DNA of 64,000 bases from Thermoanaerobaculia bacterium (GTDB taxonomy: Bacteria > Acidobacteriota > Thermoanaerobaculia > UBA5066): contig JAXLQV010000003.1 of assembly GCA_046331465.1 (NCBI GenBank), positions 1,344,420-1,408,419 of the forward strand. Direction: 5' to 3'. A program made the translations under genes and the position numbers. Each line of letters opens with the position of its first letter. Within the stretch, counting starts at the first letter, position 1. The notes below the pieces were generated by a model. The model had not been told where the DNA came from. It made no database searches and saw nothing but the letters and a program-made list of their open reading frames with translations. Of this stretch, positions 9,913-18,943 are shown in pieces.

Positions 9913-12282
9913 ATGCACCTCTCGCCGGGTCTCCGCGTCGGGCCGTACGAGGTCCGCGAGCTCCGGGGCTCCGGCGCCTCGGGGGAGGTCTACCTCGCGC
10001 GCGACACGCGACTCGGCCGGGACGTCGCGCTGAAGGTCCTGGGCCCCGGCGCGCGGGACGGCAGCGCGGGCGCCCTCCTCGAGGAGGCGCGCGCGGCCTC
10101 GGCCCTGACGCACCCGGCCGTCGCGACGGTCTACGAGGCGGGCGAGGCGGAGGCGGAGGGGCGAGTTCTCGCCTACATCGCGATGGAGCTCGTCGACGGC
10201 CCGACGCTCGGCGAGTACGCACGCTCGGGCGCCCCGGTGGCCGACCTCGTCGCGCTCGTCGAGCAGGTGGCCGAGGGCCTCGCGGCCGCCCACGCGCGCG
10301 GCATCGTCCACCGCGACGTGAAGCCGTCGAACGTCCTCGTGGCGGAGGGGCGCGCGAAGCTCGTCGACTTCGGCCTCGCGACGCGCTGCGGCGCGCTCGA
10401 CCAGGACGCCCTCGAGACGCTCACGCCCGAGGAGGCCGCGCGCGTCTCGTCGGCCGGCATCGCCGGGACGGCGGCGTACATGTCGCCGGAGCAGGTCCGC
10501 GGCGAAGAGCTCGACGGGCGGAGCGACGTCTTCGCCCTCGGCGCCGTCCTCTGGGAGCTCCTCGCGGGGCGGCGCGCCTTCCCGGGGGAGACGGTGGGCG
10601 CCGTCCTCGCGTCCGTCCTCGGCCACGAGCCGGAGCCGCTCTCCGGGGCGAACCCCGCCGTCCCGGAGGCGCTCTCGCGCGTCGTCGCGCGGATGCTCGC
10701 GAAGGAGCGAGACCGCCGGTACGCCTCGATGCGCGAGGCGGCGGACGACCTCGCCGCCGCCCGGCGCGGCGAGCTCCCGGCGGTGCGGAGCGGCGGCACC
10801 GGCTCGGGGACGATCGCCGTCGCGCCCTTCGCGAACATCTCTTCCCGTCCCGAGGACGACTGGCTCGGGACGGGCCTCGCCGAGACGCTCGCGGCCGAAC
10901 TCCGGTCCGTCTCGGGCCCGGCCGTCGTCGCCGGGGAGCGGGTCCACGAGATGGTCCGCCGGCTCGCGGCCGAGCGGGGCATCTCGGGCCGCGGGATCGC
11001 CGAGGAGGCGGGGCGCCGCCTCGGCGTGAGGTGGGTCGCCTCCGGTGGGTTCCAGCGGGTCGGGGAGAGGCTCCGCGTCACGGCGCGCCTCGCCGACGCC
11101 GCCACGGGAGACGTCCTTCGCGCCCTGAAGGTCGACGGCGACCTCGCCGACCTCTTCGACCTCCAGGACCGCCTCGCCGACGGCGTCGTCTCCGCGCTCC
11201 GGGAGGTCTCGGGCTTCGCGGCTCCCGCCCCGTCGGCCGCGGCGGAGGAGACGCGGAACGTCGCCGCGTACGAGGCCTACGCGAAGGGCCTCGTCGACCT
11301 GCGCGAGGGGACCGTCGCCTCGCTCGAACGGGCCGCGGAGCTCCTCCGGGCTGCGACGGAGCTCGACCCGCGCTACGCGGCGGCCTGGGTCTCCCTCGGC
11401 TGGGCGATCCAGGACCGCGCCGAGTACCTCGGCCTCACCGCGCCGTCCGAGGAGGCGCTCGCGGCCTTCCGCCGCGCCCTCGAGCTGCGCCCCTCCTCGG
11501 CCGAGACGTACCGCGGCCTCGCCTACACCTACCTCCACCTCCGCCGCGACGACGAGGCGCTCGCCTCGGCCCGGACGGCGCTCTCGCTCGCGCCGGGCGA
11601 GGCCGCCGCGCAGCAGGCGCTCGCGCGTGTCCTCTTCGTGGCGAAGGGAGAGTTCCTCGAGGCGGCGCGCGCCTACGAGGCGGCGCTCGCGCTCAACCCG
11701 CAGGGAGGCTGGATCGCGCTCCAGCTCTCGCACTGCCTCGCCCTCGCGGGGGAGCTCCCGCGCGCCGACGCCGCCGCGCGGATCGCCATCCGGCTCCAGG
11801 ACGAGTCGCTCTCGGGGAAGGAGGGGCTCCGGATCGTCGGCGCGCACGTCCGCCTCGCGCACGTCCACGCCCTCTCCGGCCGCTGGGCCGAGGCCCTCGC
11901 CGAGCTGGAGGCGGAGAGGAGCTTCCTCGAGACCGTCGGCCACGCCCTCGCGGCCCGCGCGCACGTCGAGCTGAACGTCCGCTTCGGAAGCGTGCTCGGA
12001 AAGCTGGGCCGCGACGCCGAGGCCCGGGCGGCGCTCGCGGACGCCCTCGCGCGGTTCCGCGAGCGCCTCGCGAGCGGCGTCGACGACCCCTTCACGCGCT
12101 ACTACGCCGCGCAGGGGTGCGTCCTCCTCGGGGAGACCGAGGCCGCGCTCGACCTCCTCGCCGGCGCGGCGGCGCTGCGCCCCGCGCTCACGCTCCGCCG
12201 CGCCCTCGTCGAACCCGACTTCGCGCCGCTCCGCGCGGAGCCGGCGTTCCAGTCGCTCTCCCGCGCGCACGGAGTCTCATGA
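9913..12282 (+). CDS. Ser/Thr protein kinase with C-terminal TPR repeat domain
   Basis: 789 aa; Hanks kinase motifs (GxGxxGxV, VALK, HRDVKPSNVL, DFGLA, SPEQ); C-terminal half TPR-like repeats. Confidence 0.85.
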   Translation: MHLSPGLRVGPYEVRELRGSGASGEVYLARDTRLGRDVALKVLGPGARDGSAGALLEEARAASALTHPAVATVYEAGEAEAEGRVLAYIAMELVDGPTLGEYARSGAPVADLVALVEQVAEGLAAAHARGIVHRDVKPSNVLVAEGRAKLVDFGLATRCGALDQDALETLTPEEAARVSSAGIAGTAAYMSPEQVRGEELDGRSDVFALGAVLWELLAGRRAFPGETVGAVLASVLGHEPEPLSGANPAVPEALSRVVARMLAKERDRRYASMREAADDLAAARRGELPAVRSGGTGSGTIAVAPFANISSRPEDDWLGTGLAETLAAELRSVSGPAVVAGERVHEMVRRLAAERGISGRGIAEEAGRRLGVRWVASGGFQRVGERLRVTARLADAATGDVLRALKVDGDLADLFDLQDRLADGVVSALREVSGFAAPAPSAAAEETRNVAAYEAYAKGLVDLREGTVASLERAAELLRAATELDPRYAAAWVSLGWAIQDRAEYLGLTAPSEEALAAFRRALELRPSSAETYRGLAYTYLHLRRDDEALASARTALSLAPGEAAAQQALARVLFVAKGEFLEAARAYEAALALNPQGGWIALQLSHCLALAGELPRADAAARIAIRLQDESLSGKEGLRIVGAHVRLAHVHALSGRWAEALAELEAERSFLETVGHALAARAHVELNVRFGSVLGKLGRDAEARAALADALARFRERLASGVDDPFTRYYAAQGCVLLGETEAALDLLAGAAALRPALTLRRALVEPDFAPLRAEPAFQSLSRAHGVS

Positions 12283-13067
12283 CCGGGACGGGTCCCCGGA
12301 CGCCGGGGCCCGGCGCCGGTCCTGACGGGAGGGCACGTGAGGCGCGGGCGCGGCAGACGGGTGGGAGCGGCCCGGGCGCGGAGCCGGTGGCGGCCGGGGA
12401 TGGGGGAGCGGCGAGCATCTACGACCCCGCCGCCTACGGCGACGGATGCGCGCCGTACTACGACCAGCTGTACCCGAACGTGCCCGGCGGCGTCGTGGGC
12501 GCGCTCGCCGCCCTGGCCGGCGGTGGCCGGGCGCTCGAGCTCGGCCTGGCGACCGGCCGGGTCGCGGTTCCCCTCCGTGCCCGTGGCGTCGTCGTCCACG
12601 GGGTCGACGCCTCCCTCCTCATGCTCTCCCGGTTCCGGGCCCGGCCTTTGACCGCGCCGGTCCACGCCGCCGCGGGCGACATCTCAGCGCTCCCCTACGA
12701 GCGCGCCTTTCGCCTCGTCTTCGCGCTCGTCGGGACGCTCGGTCTCCTGCCGTCCGCCGGGCTGCAGCTCCGGTGCCTTCGAGAGGTCGTCCGCGTCCTC
12801 GAGCCCGGCGGCGCCTTCCTCTGCGAGACCTTCGACGAGGGCGCGGAGGCCAGACCGGCCACGCACAGCTACCCGGTCCTCACCCCCGGCGGCCCCGTGC
12901 GCTACGGCGTCACGTTCCTCCCCACGCCGTCCCGGATCCTCGACGAGCTCGCGGACGCCGCCGGCCTCGCCCTCTCCTCGCGCTGGGGGAGCTGGGCGCG
13001 GGCTCCTTTCGTGCCGGGACGGTCCCACTGCATCTCCGTCTACCGGACACCCGTCGCCTCGCCCTGA
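12279..13067 (+). CDS. Class I SAM-dependent methyltransferase
   Basis: ATG 12279 overlaps kinase stop (ATGA); motif I-like LELGLATGR, post-I VHGVDAS, motif II-like LEPGGAF; 262 aa. Confidence 0.75.
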   Translation: MTGTGPRTPGPGAGPDGRAREARARQTGGSGPGAEPVAAGDGGAASIYDPAAYGDGCAPYYDQLYPNVPGGVVGALAALAGGGRALELGLATGRVAVPLRARGVVVHGVDASLLMLSRFRARPLTAPVHAAAGDISALPYERAFRLVFALVGTLGLLPSAGLQLRCLREVVRVLEPGGAFLCETFDEGAEARPATHSYPVLTPGGPVRYGVTFLPTPSRILDELADAAGLALSSRWGSWARAPFVPGRSHCISVYRTPVASP

Positions 13068-13083
13068 CGCGCTGGCCCGGGAG

Positions 13084-13596
13084 TCAGGGCTTCAGCGGGT
13101 ACTCGGCGCCCAGGGGCCCGGCGCCGGCGAGGTACCTCCGCGCCCGGACCAGCTCGGCGACTTGGCGGACGTGGCCGAGGTCGTGGAGCGCCCACTCGTG
13201 GAGCATCTCCGAGAGGGTGATGACGCCGGCCGAAAGGTGCCGCGCCTCGCGGCGGCCGGCGTCGACCGGCAGACCCCGCAGGAGCCCGACGTTCGCCGCG
13301 CGCTCGCTCTCGAACCGGCCGAAGGCCTCGTCGAGGTCGGCGTTCCGGTAGAGCGCGAGATGCATCTGCGCGTCGTCGGGCTCGAGGACCGGCGCCTCCT
13401 CGGCCAGGAAGCGGTCGACGCGGGCCCGGTAGCAGTGCCCCTCGGAGTGCGCGAGGTGCGCGAGGACCTCGGCGATCGAGAACCGGTCGTCCGCGGGCTT
13501 CCACCGGGCGTCCTCCCGGGAGATCTCGCACGTCAGCCCCCGCAGGACGACCGGAGTCGCCGCGAGGAGGTCGAGGCACGGCAGCGCGTCGGTCAT
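13084..13596 (-). CDS. DinB/YfiT-like (DinB_2) putative metal-dependent hydrolase family protein
   Basis: 170 aa; His-rich four-helix DinB signature (HLAHSEGH...HEWALHDLGH). Confidence 0.8.
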   Translation of the reverse strand: MTDALPCLDLLAATPVVLRGLTCEISREDARWKPADDRFSIAEVLAHLAHSEGHCYRARVDRFLAEEAPVLEPDDAQMHLALYRNADLDEAFGRFESERAANVGLLRGLPVDAGRREARHLSAGVITLSEMLHEWALHDLGHVRQVAELVRARRYLAGAGPLGAEYPLKP

Positions 13597-13704
13597 TCCC
13601 CGATCCTACGCGGCCCGACCCGGGGCGTGTGCCGGCCCCCCGGTGGCACACTCGGCCCATCCAGGCCCGGACCCCTCTTCGGAGGGGAATGAAGAGGAGG
13701 CTCG
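13597..13704. promoter_or_regulatory. Divergent promoter region with 7-bp inverted repeat (gtgtgcc-N11-ggcacac) as candidate operator
   Basis: Intergenic between divergently transcribed 13084..13596(-) and 13705..14055(+); inverted repeat at about 13627-13651; GAGGAGG SD before the 13705 ATG. Confidence 0.3.
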
Positions 13705-14055
13705 ATGCCCGGCCACCGCATCTTCACCACGAGCGTCGCGAGCGTCTACCCGCACTACGTGCAGAAGGCGGAACGCAAGGGCCGCACGAAGGCGGACGTC
13801 GACCGGATCATCTGCTGGCTGACCGGGTACAGCGAGAAGCAGCTGCAGCAGCAGCTCGAGAAGGGGACCGACTTCGAGACCTTCTTCGCGAAGGCGCCGG
13901 CCCTCCACCCGAACAGCGCGCTCATCAAGGGCGTCGTCTGCGGCGTGAGCGTGGAGGAGGTCGAGGACCCGCTGATGCGGAAGATCCGCTGGCTCGACAA
14001 GCTCATCGACGAGCTCGCGAAGGGGCGGGCGATGGAGAAGATCCTGCGGACGTAG
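13705..14055 (+). CDS. DUF2200 family protein
   Basis: 116 aa; strong SD (gaagaggagg) 6 bp upstream; matches conserved DUF2200 length/sequence pattern ([25 protein letters not shown]...). Confidence 0.75.
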   Translation: MPGHRIFTTSVASVYPHYVQKAERKGRTKADVDRIICWLTGYSEKQLQQQLEKGTDFETFFAKAPALHPNSALIKGVVCGVSVEEVEDPLMRKIRWLDKLIDELAKGRAMEKILRT

Positions 14056-14081
14056 CTGCCGGTCGGGAATGGAGGACGCCC

Positions 14082-14561
14082 ATGGTCGCGAAGAACACGA
14101 TCTGCCTCTGGTACGACGGCACGGCCCTCGAGGCCGCCCGGTTCTACGCCCGCACCTTCCCCGACAGCTCCGTGGGAGCCGTCTGTCGCGCGCCCGCCGA
14201 CTATCCCTCGGGCAGGAAGGGCGACGTCCTGACGGTGGAGTTCACCCTGCTCGGCATCCCGTGCCTCGGCCTGAACGGCGGCCCGGCGTTCCGGCACAGC
14301 GAGGCCTTCTCGTTCCAGGTCGCGACGGACGACCAGGCCGAGACCGACCGCCTCTGGAACGCGATCGTGGAGAACGGCGGCCAGGAGAGCGCCTGCGGCT
14401 GGTGCAAGGACAGGTGGGGCCTCTCGTGGCAGATCACGCCGCGGGCGCTCACCGCCGCGATCGCGGACCCCGATCCCGCGGCGGCCCGGCGCGCCTTCGA
14501 GGCGATGATGCAGATGAGGAAGATCGACATCGCGGCCGTGGAAGCGGCCCGGCGAGGCTGA
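14082..14561 (+). CDS. VOC family protein, PhnB-like (3-demethylubiquinone-9 3-methyltransferase-type glyoxalase fold)
   Basis: ATG 14082 with GGAGGA SD at 14071; ICLWYDG...EAARFY...GWCKDRWGLSWQI typical of PhnB-like VOC proteins; 159 aa. Confidence 0.8.
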   Translation: MVAKNTICLWYDGTALEAARFYARTFPDSSVGAVCRAPADYPSGRKGDVLTVEFTLLGIPCLGLNGGPAFRHSEAFSFQVATDDQAETDRLWNAIVENGGQESACGWCKDRWGLSWQITPRALTAAIADPDPAAARRAFEAMMQMRKIDIAAVEAARRG

Positions 14562-14604
14562 CGCCCGGCGGCGGCCCGCAGAGCGGAGCAACGACAATCG
14601 CCTC

Positions 14605-14976
14605 ATGAGAGCCGTCGGTTCTCTCGAAGAGCTCACTGCGCAGGGCGTCGTCGAGGTCGTGGTGCCCGACCTCGGGGCGGCGCTCGCCTTCTACCGTCGC
14701 CTCGGATTCGCCGTGGAACGAGAGACGCCCACGTTCGTCACCCTGCGCTGGGAGAGCACGTTCCTCTTCGTCGCGCAGGACCCGGACGCCGGCTCCACGC
14801 CTCGCTGGGCAAGCCTCCGGATCGTCGTGGCCGACGTCGATGCCGTCTGGGCGCGTGTCTCGGAGCTCGAGTTTCCGATCGGGACTTCCCTGGCGGACCG
14901 TCCGTACGGGCTCCGCGACTTCACGGTCCGGGACCCCGCCGGCTTCGAGATCCGCTTCGCGCAGGTCATCGGGTGA
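14605..14976 (+). CDS. VOC (glyoxalase/bleomycin-resistance/dioxygenase) family protein
   Basis: 123 aa, two beta-alpha-beta-beta-beta modules; conserved RDFTVRDPAGFEIRF C-terminal motif. Confidence 0.75.
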   Translation: MRAVGSLEELTAQGVVEVVVPDLGAALAFYRRLGFAVERETPTFVTLRWESTFLFVAQDPDAGSTPRWASLRIVVADVDAVWARVSELEFPIGTSLADRPYGLRDFTVRDPAGFEIRFAQVIG

Positions 14977-15036
14977 GCGCACGGCACGCGGCACGGGCCT
15001 TTGGGCCGCTGCCGGGCCTTGCGCTAGCCTCCGGCG

Positions 15037-15540
15037 ATGAACCTCGACCTCGTCCTCGGCGTCGCCGTCGTCGGTGTGGGCGCGACCCTCGTCATGGACC
15101 TCTGGAACCTGTTCCTGAAGGCCGCGTTCGGCATCCCCTCGCTCGACCTCTGCCTCCTCGGGCGCTGGGTCGGGCACATGCCGGCCGGCACGTTCCGGCA
15201 CGAGCGGATCGGAAGCGCCGCGCCGAAAGCGGGGGAATGCGTGATCGGCCGGGTCGCGCACTACGGAATCGGGGTTGGGCTCGCCGCGGCCCTCGCGCTC
15301 CTCACCTCGGGGGAGTGCCTCCTGCACCCCGCAATCCTGCCCGCCCTCTTCTTCGGGCTCGTCACCGTCGTCTTCCCCTTCTTCCTCATGCAGCCGGCCC
15401 TCGGGCTCGGCCTCGCGTCGGCCCGCACGCCCGACCCGGCGCGGGCCCGCGTCAAGAGCCTCATGAGCCACGCCGCCTTCGGGCTCGGCCTCTACGTCGC
15501 GGCCCTTCCCGTCGCCCGATACCTCGGCGCTCACCCGTAG
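15037..15540 (+). CDS. DUF2938 family membrane protein
   Basis: 167 aa, 4 predicted TM helices, sequence pattern typical of DUF2938 (VMDLWNLFL...LLGRWVGHM). Confidence 0.7.
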   Translation: MNLDLVLGVAVVGVGATLVMDLWNLFLKAAFGIPSLDLCLLGRWVGHMPAGTFRHERIGSAAPKAGECVIGRVAHYGIGVGLAAALALLTSGECLLHPAILPALFFGLVTVVFPFFLMQPALGLGLASARTPDPARARVKSLMSHAAFGLGLYVAALPVARYLGAHP

Positions 15541-15575
15541 CGCGGGCCTCCGGGAGGACGAGGTAGCCTCGGCCC

Positions 15576-16097
15576 ATGACGACCGCGGAAGAGTCGGTGT
15601 CGAAGGCCTGGCGCATCAACTGCCGGGCGACGGCGTTCCTGGTCGAGCGCCTCCCGGCGGCCCTCTGGCCCCTGGCGCTCCCGGGCGCCCCGCGGCGGAC
15701 GGTCCGGGGGATGGCCGTTCACCTCCACGACTGCCGCTGCCTCTGGCTGAAGAGCCTCGCGCGGGGCTCGGGCGTCGCCGTCCCGCCGCGCCTCGGCCGC
15801 GGCGACGCCGGGCAGGCCGACGTGCTCGCGGCCCTCGCGACGAGCGAGGACGCCCTCCGGCGCCTCTTCGAGGTCGCCTTCCGGAGCGGCGGCCGCTTCC
15901 CGGGCGTCGCCTCCGCCTTCGTCTACGGAGCCATGCCCCGCGACGCCGTGATGTTCTGCGGTTACGCCCTGTCGCACGAGGCACACCACCGGGGACAGCT
16001 CGTCCTCGCGGCCCGCGCCCTCGGTCACCGCCTGCCGCCGGAGACGGTCCAGGGGCTCTGGCAGTGGTCGTCGCGCCTTCGCGAGAGCGAGGCGTAG
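15576..16097 (+). CDS. DinB superfamily protein
   Basis: 173 aa; conserved His triad context (HLHDCRC...HEAHHRGQL). Confidence 0.7.
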   Translation: MTTAEESVSKAWRINCRATAFLVERLPAALWPLALPGAPRRTVRGMAVHLHDCRCLWLKSLARGSGVAVPPRLGRGDAGQADVLAALATSEDALRRLFEVAFRSGGRFPGVASAFVYGAMPRDAVMFCGYALSHEAHHRGQLVLAARALGHRLPPETVQGLWQWSSRLRESEA

Positions 16098-16196
16098 GGC
16101 CGCCCGATCGTCGCCAGGCTCCGCGAGCAGGGTTCCAGGCGCGTCGAGCACCAGAGTCGACCGCTGCCCCGAGTGCCACGGAACGAGGAGGTCCCG

Positions 16197-17039
16197 ATGC
16201 ACGCAGACACCCGGAAGTACAACGCCGCCCTCGAGCCCGCCGACCGGAAGCTCTGCGAGCTCCTCGCGAAGGAGATCGACCGCGCGCTCCCCGACGCGGA
16301 GAACAAGGTCTGGCACGCCCACCCGGTCTGGTTTCTCGGCGGGAACCCGATCGTCGGGTACGGCAGGCTGAAGGACGGAATCCGCCTCCTCTTCTGGAGC
16401 GGGCAGTCGTTCGCGGAGAAGGGGCTCCGGAAGGAAGGGAGCTTCAAGGCGGCCGAGGCCCGGTACACCTCCGCCAGCGGGGTCGACACGGAGAAGCTCC
16501 GGCGCTGGCTCGCGGAGGCGCGCGAGGTCCAGTGGGACTACAGGAACATCGTCCGCCGCAGGGGCCGGCTCGAGCGGCTGAAGGCGGCGGCTCCCGCCGC
16601 CGCGCCGGCGCCGGGGAGGAAGTCCGCTCCGGCGCCGCCGAGCGCGAAGGCCGGGGAAGGGACCGACTGGAGGGCGCGGGCCCTCGCCCGCGTCCGGGCG
16701 CTCGTCCTCGAGGCCGTCCCGGGAGCCGTCGAGGAGGTGAAGTGGCGGAAGCCGTCGAACCCGGCGGGGGTCCCGGTCTGGTCCTCGGACGGGATGATCT
16801 GCACGGGCGAGACGTACCGGAGCGCCGTGAAGCTGACGTTCGCGAAGGGCGCGGCGCTGCCCGACCCGAAGGGGCTCTTCAACGCCGGCCTCGACGGTGG
16901 GACGCGGCGCGCGATCGACCTCCGCGAGGGCGACACGCTGGACGAGAAGGCCTTCAAGGCCCTCGTCCGCGCCGCCGCGGCCCGGAACGCATCGTCCGCC
17001 CGGCACCGGAACGGGGGCCTGCCCCTGCCGCGCGAGTGA
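16197..17039 (+). CDS. DUF1801 (YdhG-like) domain-containing protein, tandem duplicated domain
   Basis: ATG 16197 with GAGGAGG SD; two DUF1801-like halves (VWHAHPVWFLGGNPIVGY... and KWRKPSNPAGVPVWSSDGMICTGETY...). Confidence 0.75.
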   Translation: MHADTRKYNAALEPADRKLCELLAKEIDRALPDAENKVWHAHPVWFLGGNPIVGYGRLKDGIRLLFWSGQSFAEKGLRKEGSFKAAEARYTSASGVDTEKLRRWLAEAREVQWDYRNIVRRRGRLERLKAAAPAAAPAPGRKSAPAPPSAKAGEGTDWRARALARVRALVLEAVPGAVEEVKWRKPSNPAGVPVWSSDGMICTGETYRSAVKLTFAKGAALPDPKGLFNAGLDGGTRRAIDLREGDTLDEKAFKALVRAAAARNASSARHRNGGLPLPRE

Positions 17040-17089
17040 CGGGGACCACGGAGACGCGGCGGACGCGTGCCTATAGTGAAGACGTGAAG

Positions 17090-17569
17090 ATGGTCTGGCT
17101 CGTGCTGAAAGTCCTCGCGGGAGTCGTGGGTCTCCTCGTCCTCGCCGTCGTCCTCTTCGTGGGCCTCGTCCTCGTCCGGAAGTCGAACCTCTTCGTCCTG
17201 CGCGGCGACCTGGAGCAGATGACGGCCTCGGGGATCAGCCCCGCGGTCGCCTCCGGGATCTGCGGGACGAAGGTCGACATGCTGCGCGGCCTTCGCTGGG
17301 ACGGCCACGGCCCGGAGGACTACTTCCCCAAGGCGTCGGTCCGCTCGTGGCGGCCCTTCTTCCCGATGGAGGGGACGGCGTCCGTTCGGGTCGTGGGCGC
17401 GGGCTTCCACAGCCTTCCCTGGGACCGCGGGGGCGGGAGCGAGAAGGTCACCGGCCGCTGCGAGGGAACCGTCACGTTCCGCTACCGCTTCCACTGGGCG
17501 GACAACGGCCGGGCGGTCGTCCTCGAGAGCCAGTTCCTCGAGGGCCCCACGGTGGTCCGGGACCGCTGA
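17090..17569 (+). CDS. Hypothetical membrane-anchored protein
   Basis: ATG 17090 (GTG 17084 alternative) within ORF 16064..17569; N-terminal TM helix VWLVLKVLAGVVGLLVLAVVLFVGLVLV; non-biased composition. Confidence 0.5.
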   Translation: MVWLVLKVLAGVVGLLVLAVVLFVGLVLVRKSNLFVLRGDLEQMTASGISPAVASGICGTKVDMLRGLRWDGHGPEDYFPKASVRSWRPFFPMEGTASVRVVGAGFHSLPWDRGGGSEKVTGRCEGTVTFRYRFHWADNGRAVVLESQFLEGPTVVRDR

Positions 17570-17585
17570 GCCCGCGCCGCCGGGC

Positions 17586-18476
17586 TCAGCTCCCCCGAAG
17601 CTCCCCGAAGAAGCGCTGGACGAGCCGGACGGCGACGTGCCGGCGGTAGGCGGCCGTCGAGCGGACGTCGTCGATCGGCGAGACGTCGGCGAGGACGGCC
17701 CTCTCGACCTCGGCGTCCGCGATCTCCGCGAGCGGGCTCCGGAGGCCGAGGGCGCGCGTCGCCGGGAGGAGCGCCACGGTCGGCGCGACGGAAGCCATGC
17801 CGAGGCCGAGGCGCGTCGCGCGCCCCTTCTCCACGACCGCCACGCCGGCGAAGGCGACCTTCGAGATCGCCTGCGCCTGACGGGTCCCGACCTTCCGCCA
17901 CGCGAAGGGCGACCCCTCGGGCGGGAGCGCGACCTCGACCGCCTCGATCAGCTCGTCGGCGGCGAGGACGCTCTTCCGGTAGCCCGTGTAGAACTGCGCG
18001 AGCGGGACCCGCCGGGCGCCGCGGAGGCTCCGGAGGAGGAGCATGGCGTCGAGGGCGGCCAGCGCGCAGACGCCGTCGGCCGCGGGGGAGCCGGAGGCGA
18101 GGTTCCCGCCGAGAGTGCCGCGGGCCTGGATCTGGAGCGCGCCGACGTCGCGGGCCATCGCAGCGAGGAGCGGGCACCGCGCGGCGACGCGCGCGTCGTT
18201 TTTCATCTCGAGGTACGAGACCGCGGCCCCGACGCGGAGCGTGTCGCCCTCGAGGGCGATCCGCCGGAGCGCGTCGAGGCGGGAGACGTCGACGAGGAGC
18301 GGGAGCGCCCCTTCCTCTTCCGGCGGCGCGACGTGGCGTTCGACGAACCAGTCGGTTCCGCCGGCGAGGAGGACGCTCTTCTCCCCCTTCGCGGCGCGGG
18401 CGGAGAGCAGCGCGAGCGCCTCGGGGAGGTCGCGCGGGGCGGCGAAGGGGTGGAGGGCGACGCCGGCGAGGCTCAC
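17586..18476 (-). CDS. Xanthine dehydrogenase family / aerobic-type Mo-hydroxylase FAD-binding (medium) subunit (CoxM/XdhB-like)
   Basis: GTG at 18474-18476 overlapping stop of Fe-S subunit (GTGA); 296 aa; FAD-binding motifs (LLAGGTDW, TLGGNLASGSP). Confidence 0.8.
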   Translation of the reverse strand: MSLAGVALHPFAAPRDLPEALALLSARAAKGEKSVLLAGGTDWFVERHVAPPEEEGALPLLVDVSRLDALRRIALEGDTLRVGAAVSYLEMKNDARVAARCPLLAAMARDVGALQIQARGTLGGNLASGSPAADGVCALAALDAMLLLRSLRGARRVPLAQFYTGYRKSVLAADELIEAVEVALPPEGSPFAWRKVGTRQAQAISKVAFAGVAVVEKGRATRLGLGMASVAPTVALLPATRALGLRSPLAEIADAEVERAVLADVSPIDDVRSTAAYRRHVAVRLVQRFFGELRGS

Positions 18477-18943
18477 GGGCGCACCTCCCGCCGCTTCGCG
18501 GCCTCGGTCACGGCGTTCACGATCCGCTGGTAGCCGGTGCAGCGGCAGACGTTCCCCGCGATCGCCTCGCGGATCTCCCCCTCGGTCGGCCTCGGCCGCT
18601 CGCGGAGGAGCGCCTCGGCGGAGAGGAGCATCCCGGGCGTGCAGATGCCGCACTGCGCGCCCCCTTCCGTCACCATCGCCTCCTGGAGCGGCGTCAGGTG
18701 CGCGGCGTCGCCGAGCCCTTCCACCGTCGTCACCTCCCGCCCGGCGCACTGGCCGAGGGCGACGAGGCAGGAGTTCACCGGGACGCCGTCGAGAAGGACG
18801 GTGCAGGCGCCGCACTCCCCCTCGCCGCACCCTTCCTTCGTCCCGGTCAGGCCGAGCCTCTCGCGGAGGACGTCGAGGAGGCGCGCGGCGGGGGGCGCCT
18901 CGAGGGTCACCAGGGAACCGTTGACGGTGAGCGTCACGCTCAT
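18473..18943 (-). CDS. Mo-hydroxylase (2Fe-2S)-binding small subunit (CoxS/XdhC-like)
   Basis: 156 aa; plant-ferredoxin-type CGEGECGAC and second cluster CGICTPG / CRCTGY motifs; ATG overlaps large-subunit stop. Confidence 0.9.
   Translation of the reverse strand: MSVTLTVNGSLVTLEAPPAARLLDVLRERLGLTGTKEGCGEGECGACTVLLDGVPVNSCLVALGQCAGREVTTVEGLGDAAHLTPLQEAMVTEGGAQCGICTPGMLLSAEALLRERPRPTEGEIREAIAGNVCRCTGYQRIVNAVTEAAKRREVRP

Noticed and set aside
14449-17006. ORFs 14449..15534(-) and 15531..17006(-) antisense to the small-gene run
   Set aside because: Low-complexity Arg/Asp/Glu/Pro-rich products. The plus-strand genes have SD sequences and recognisable families.
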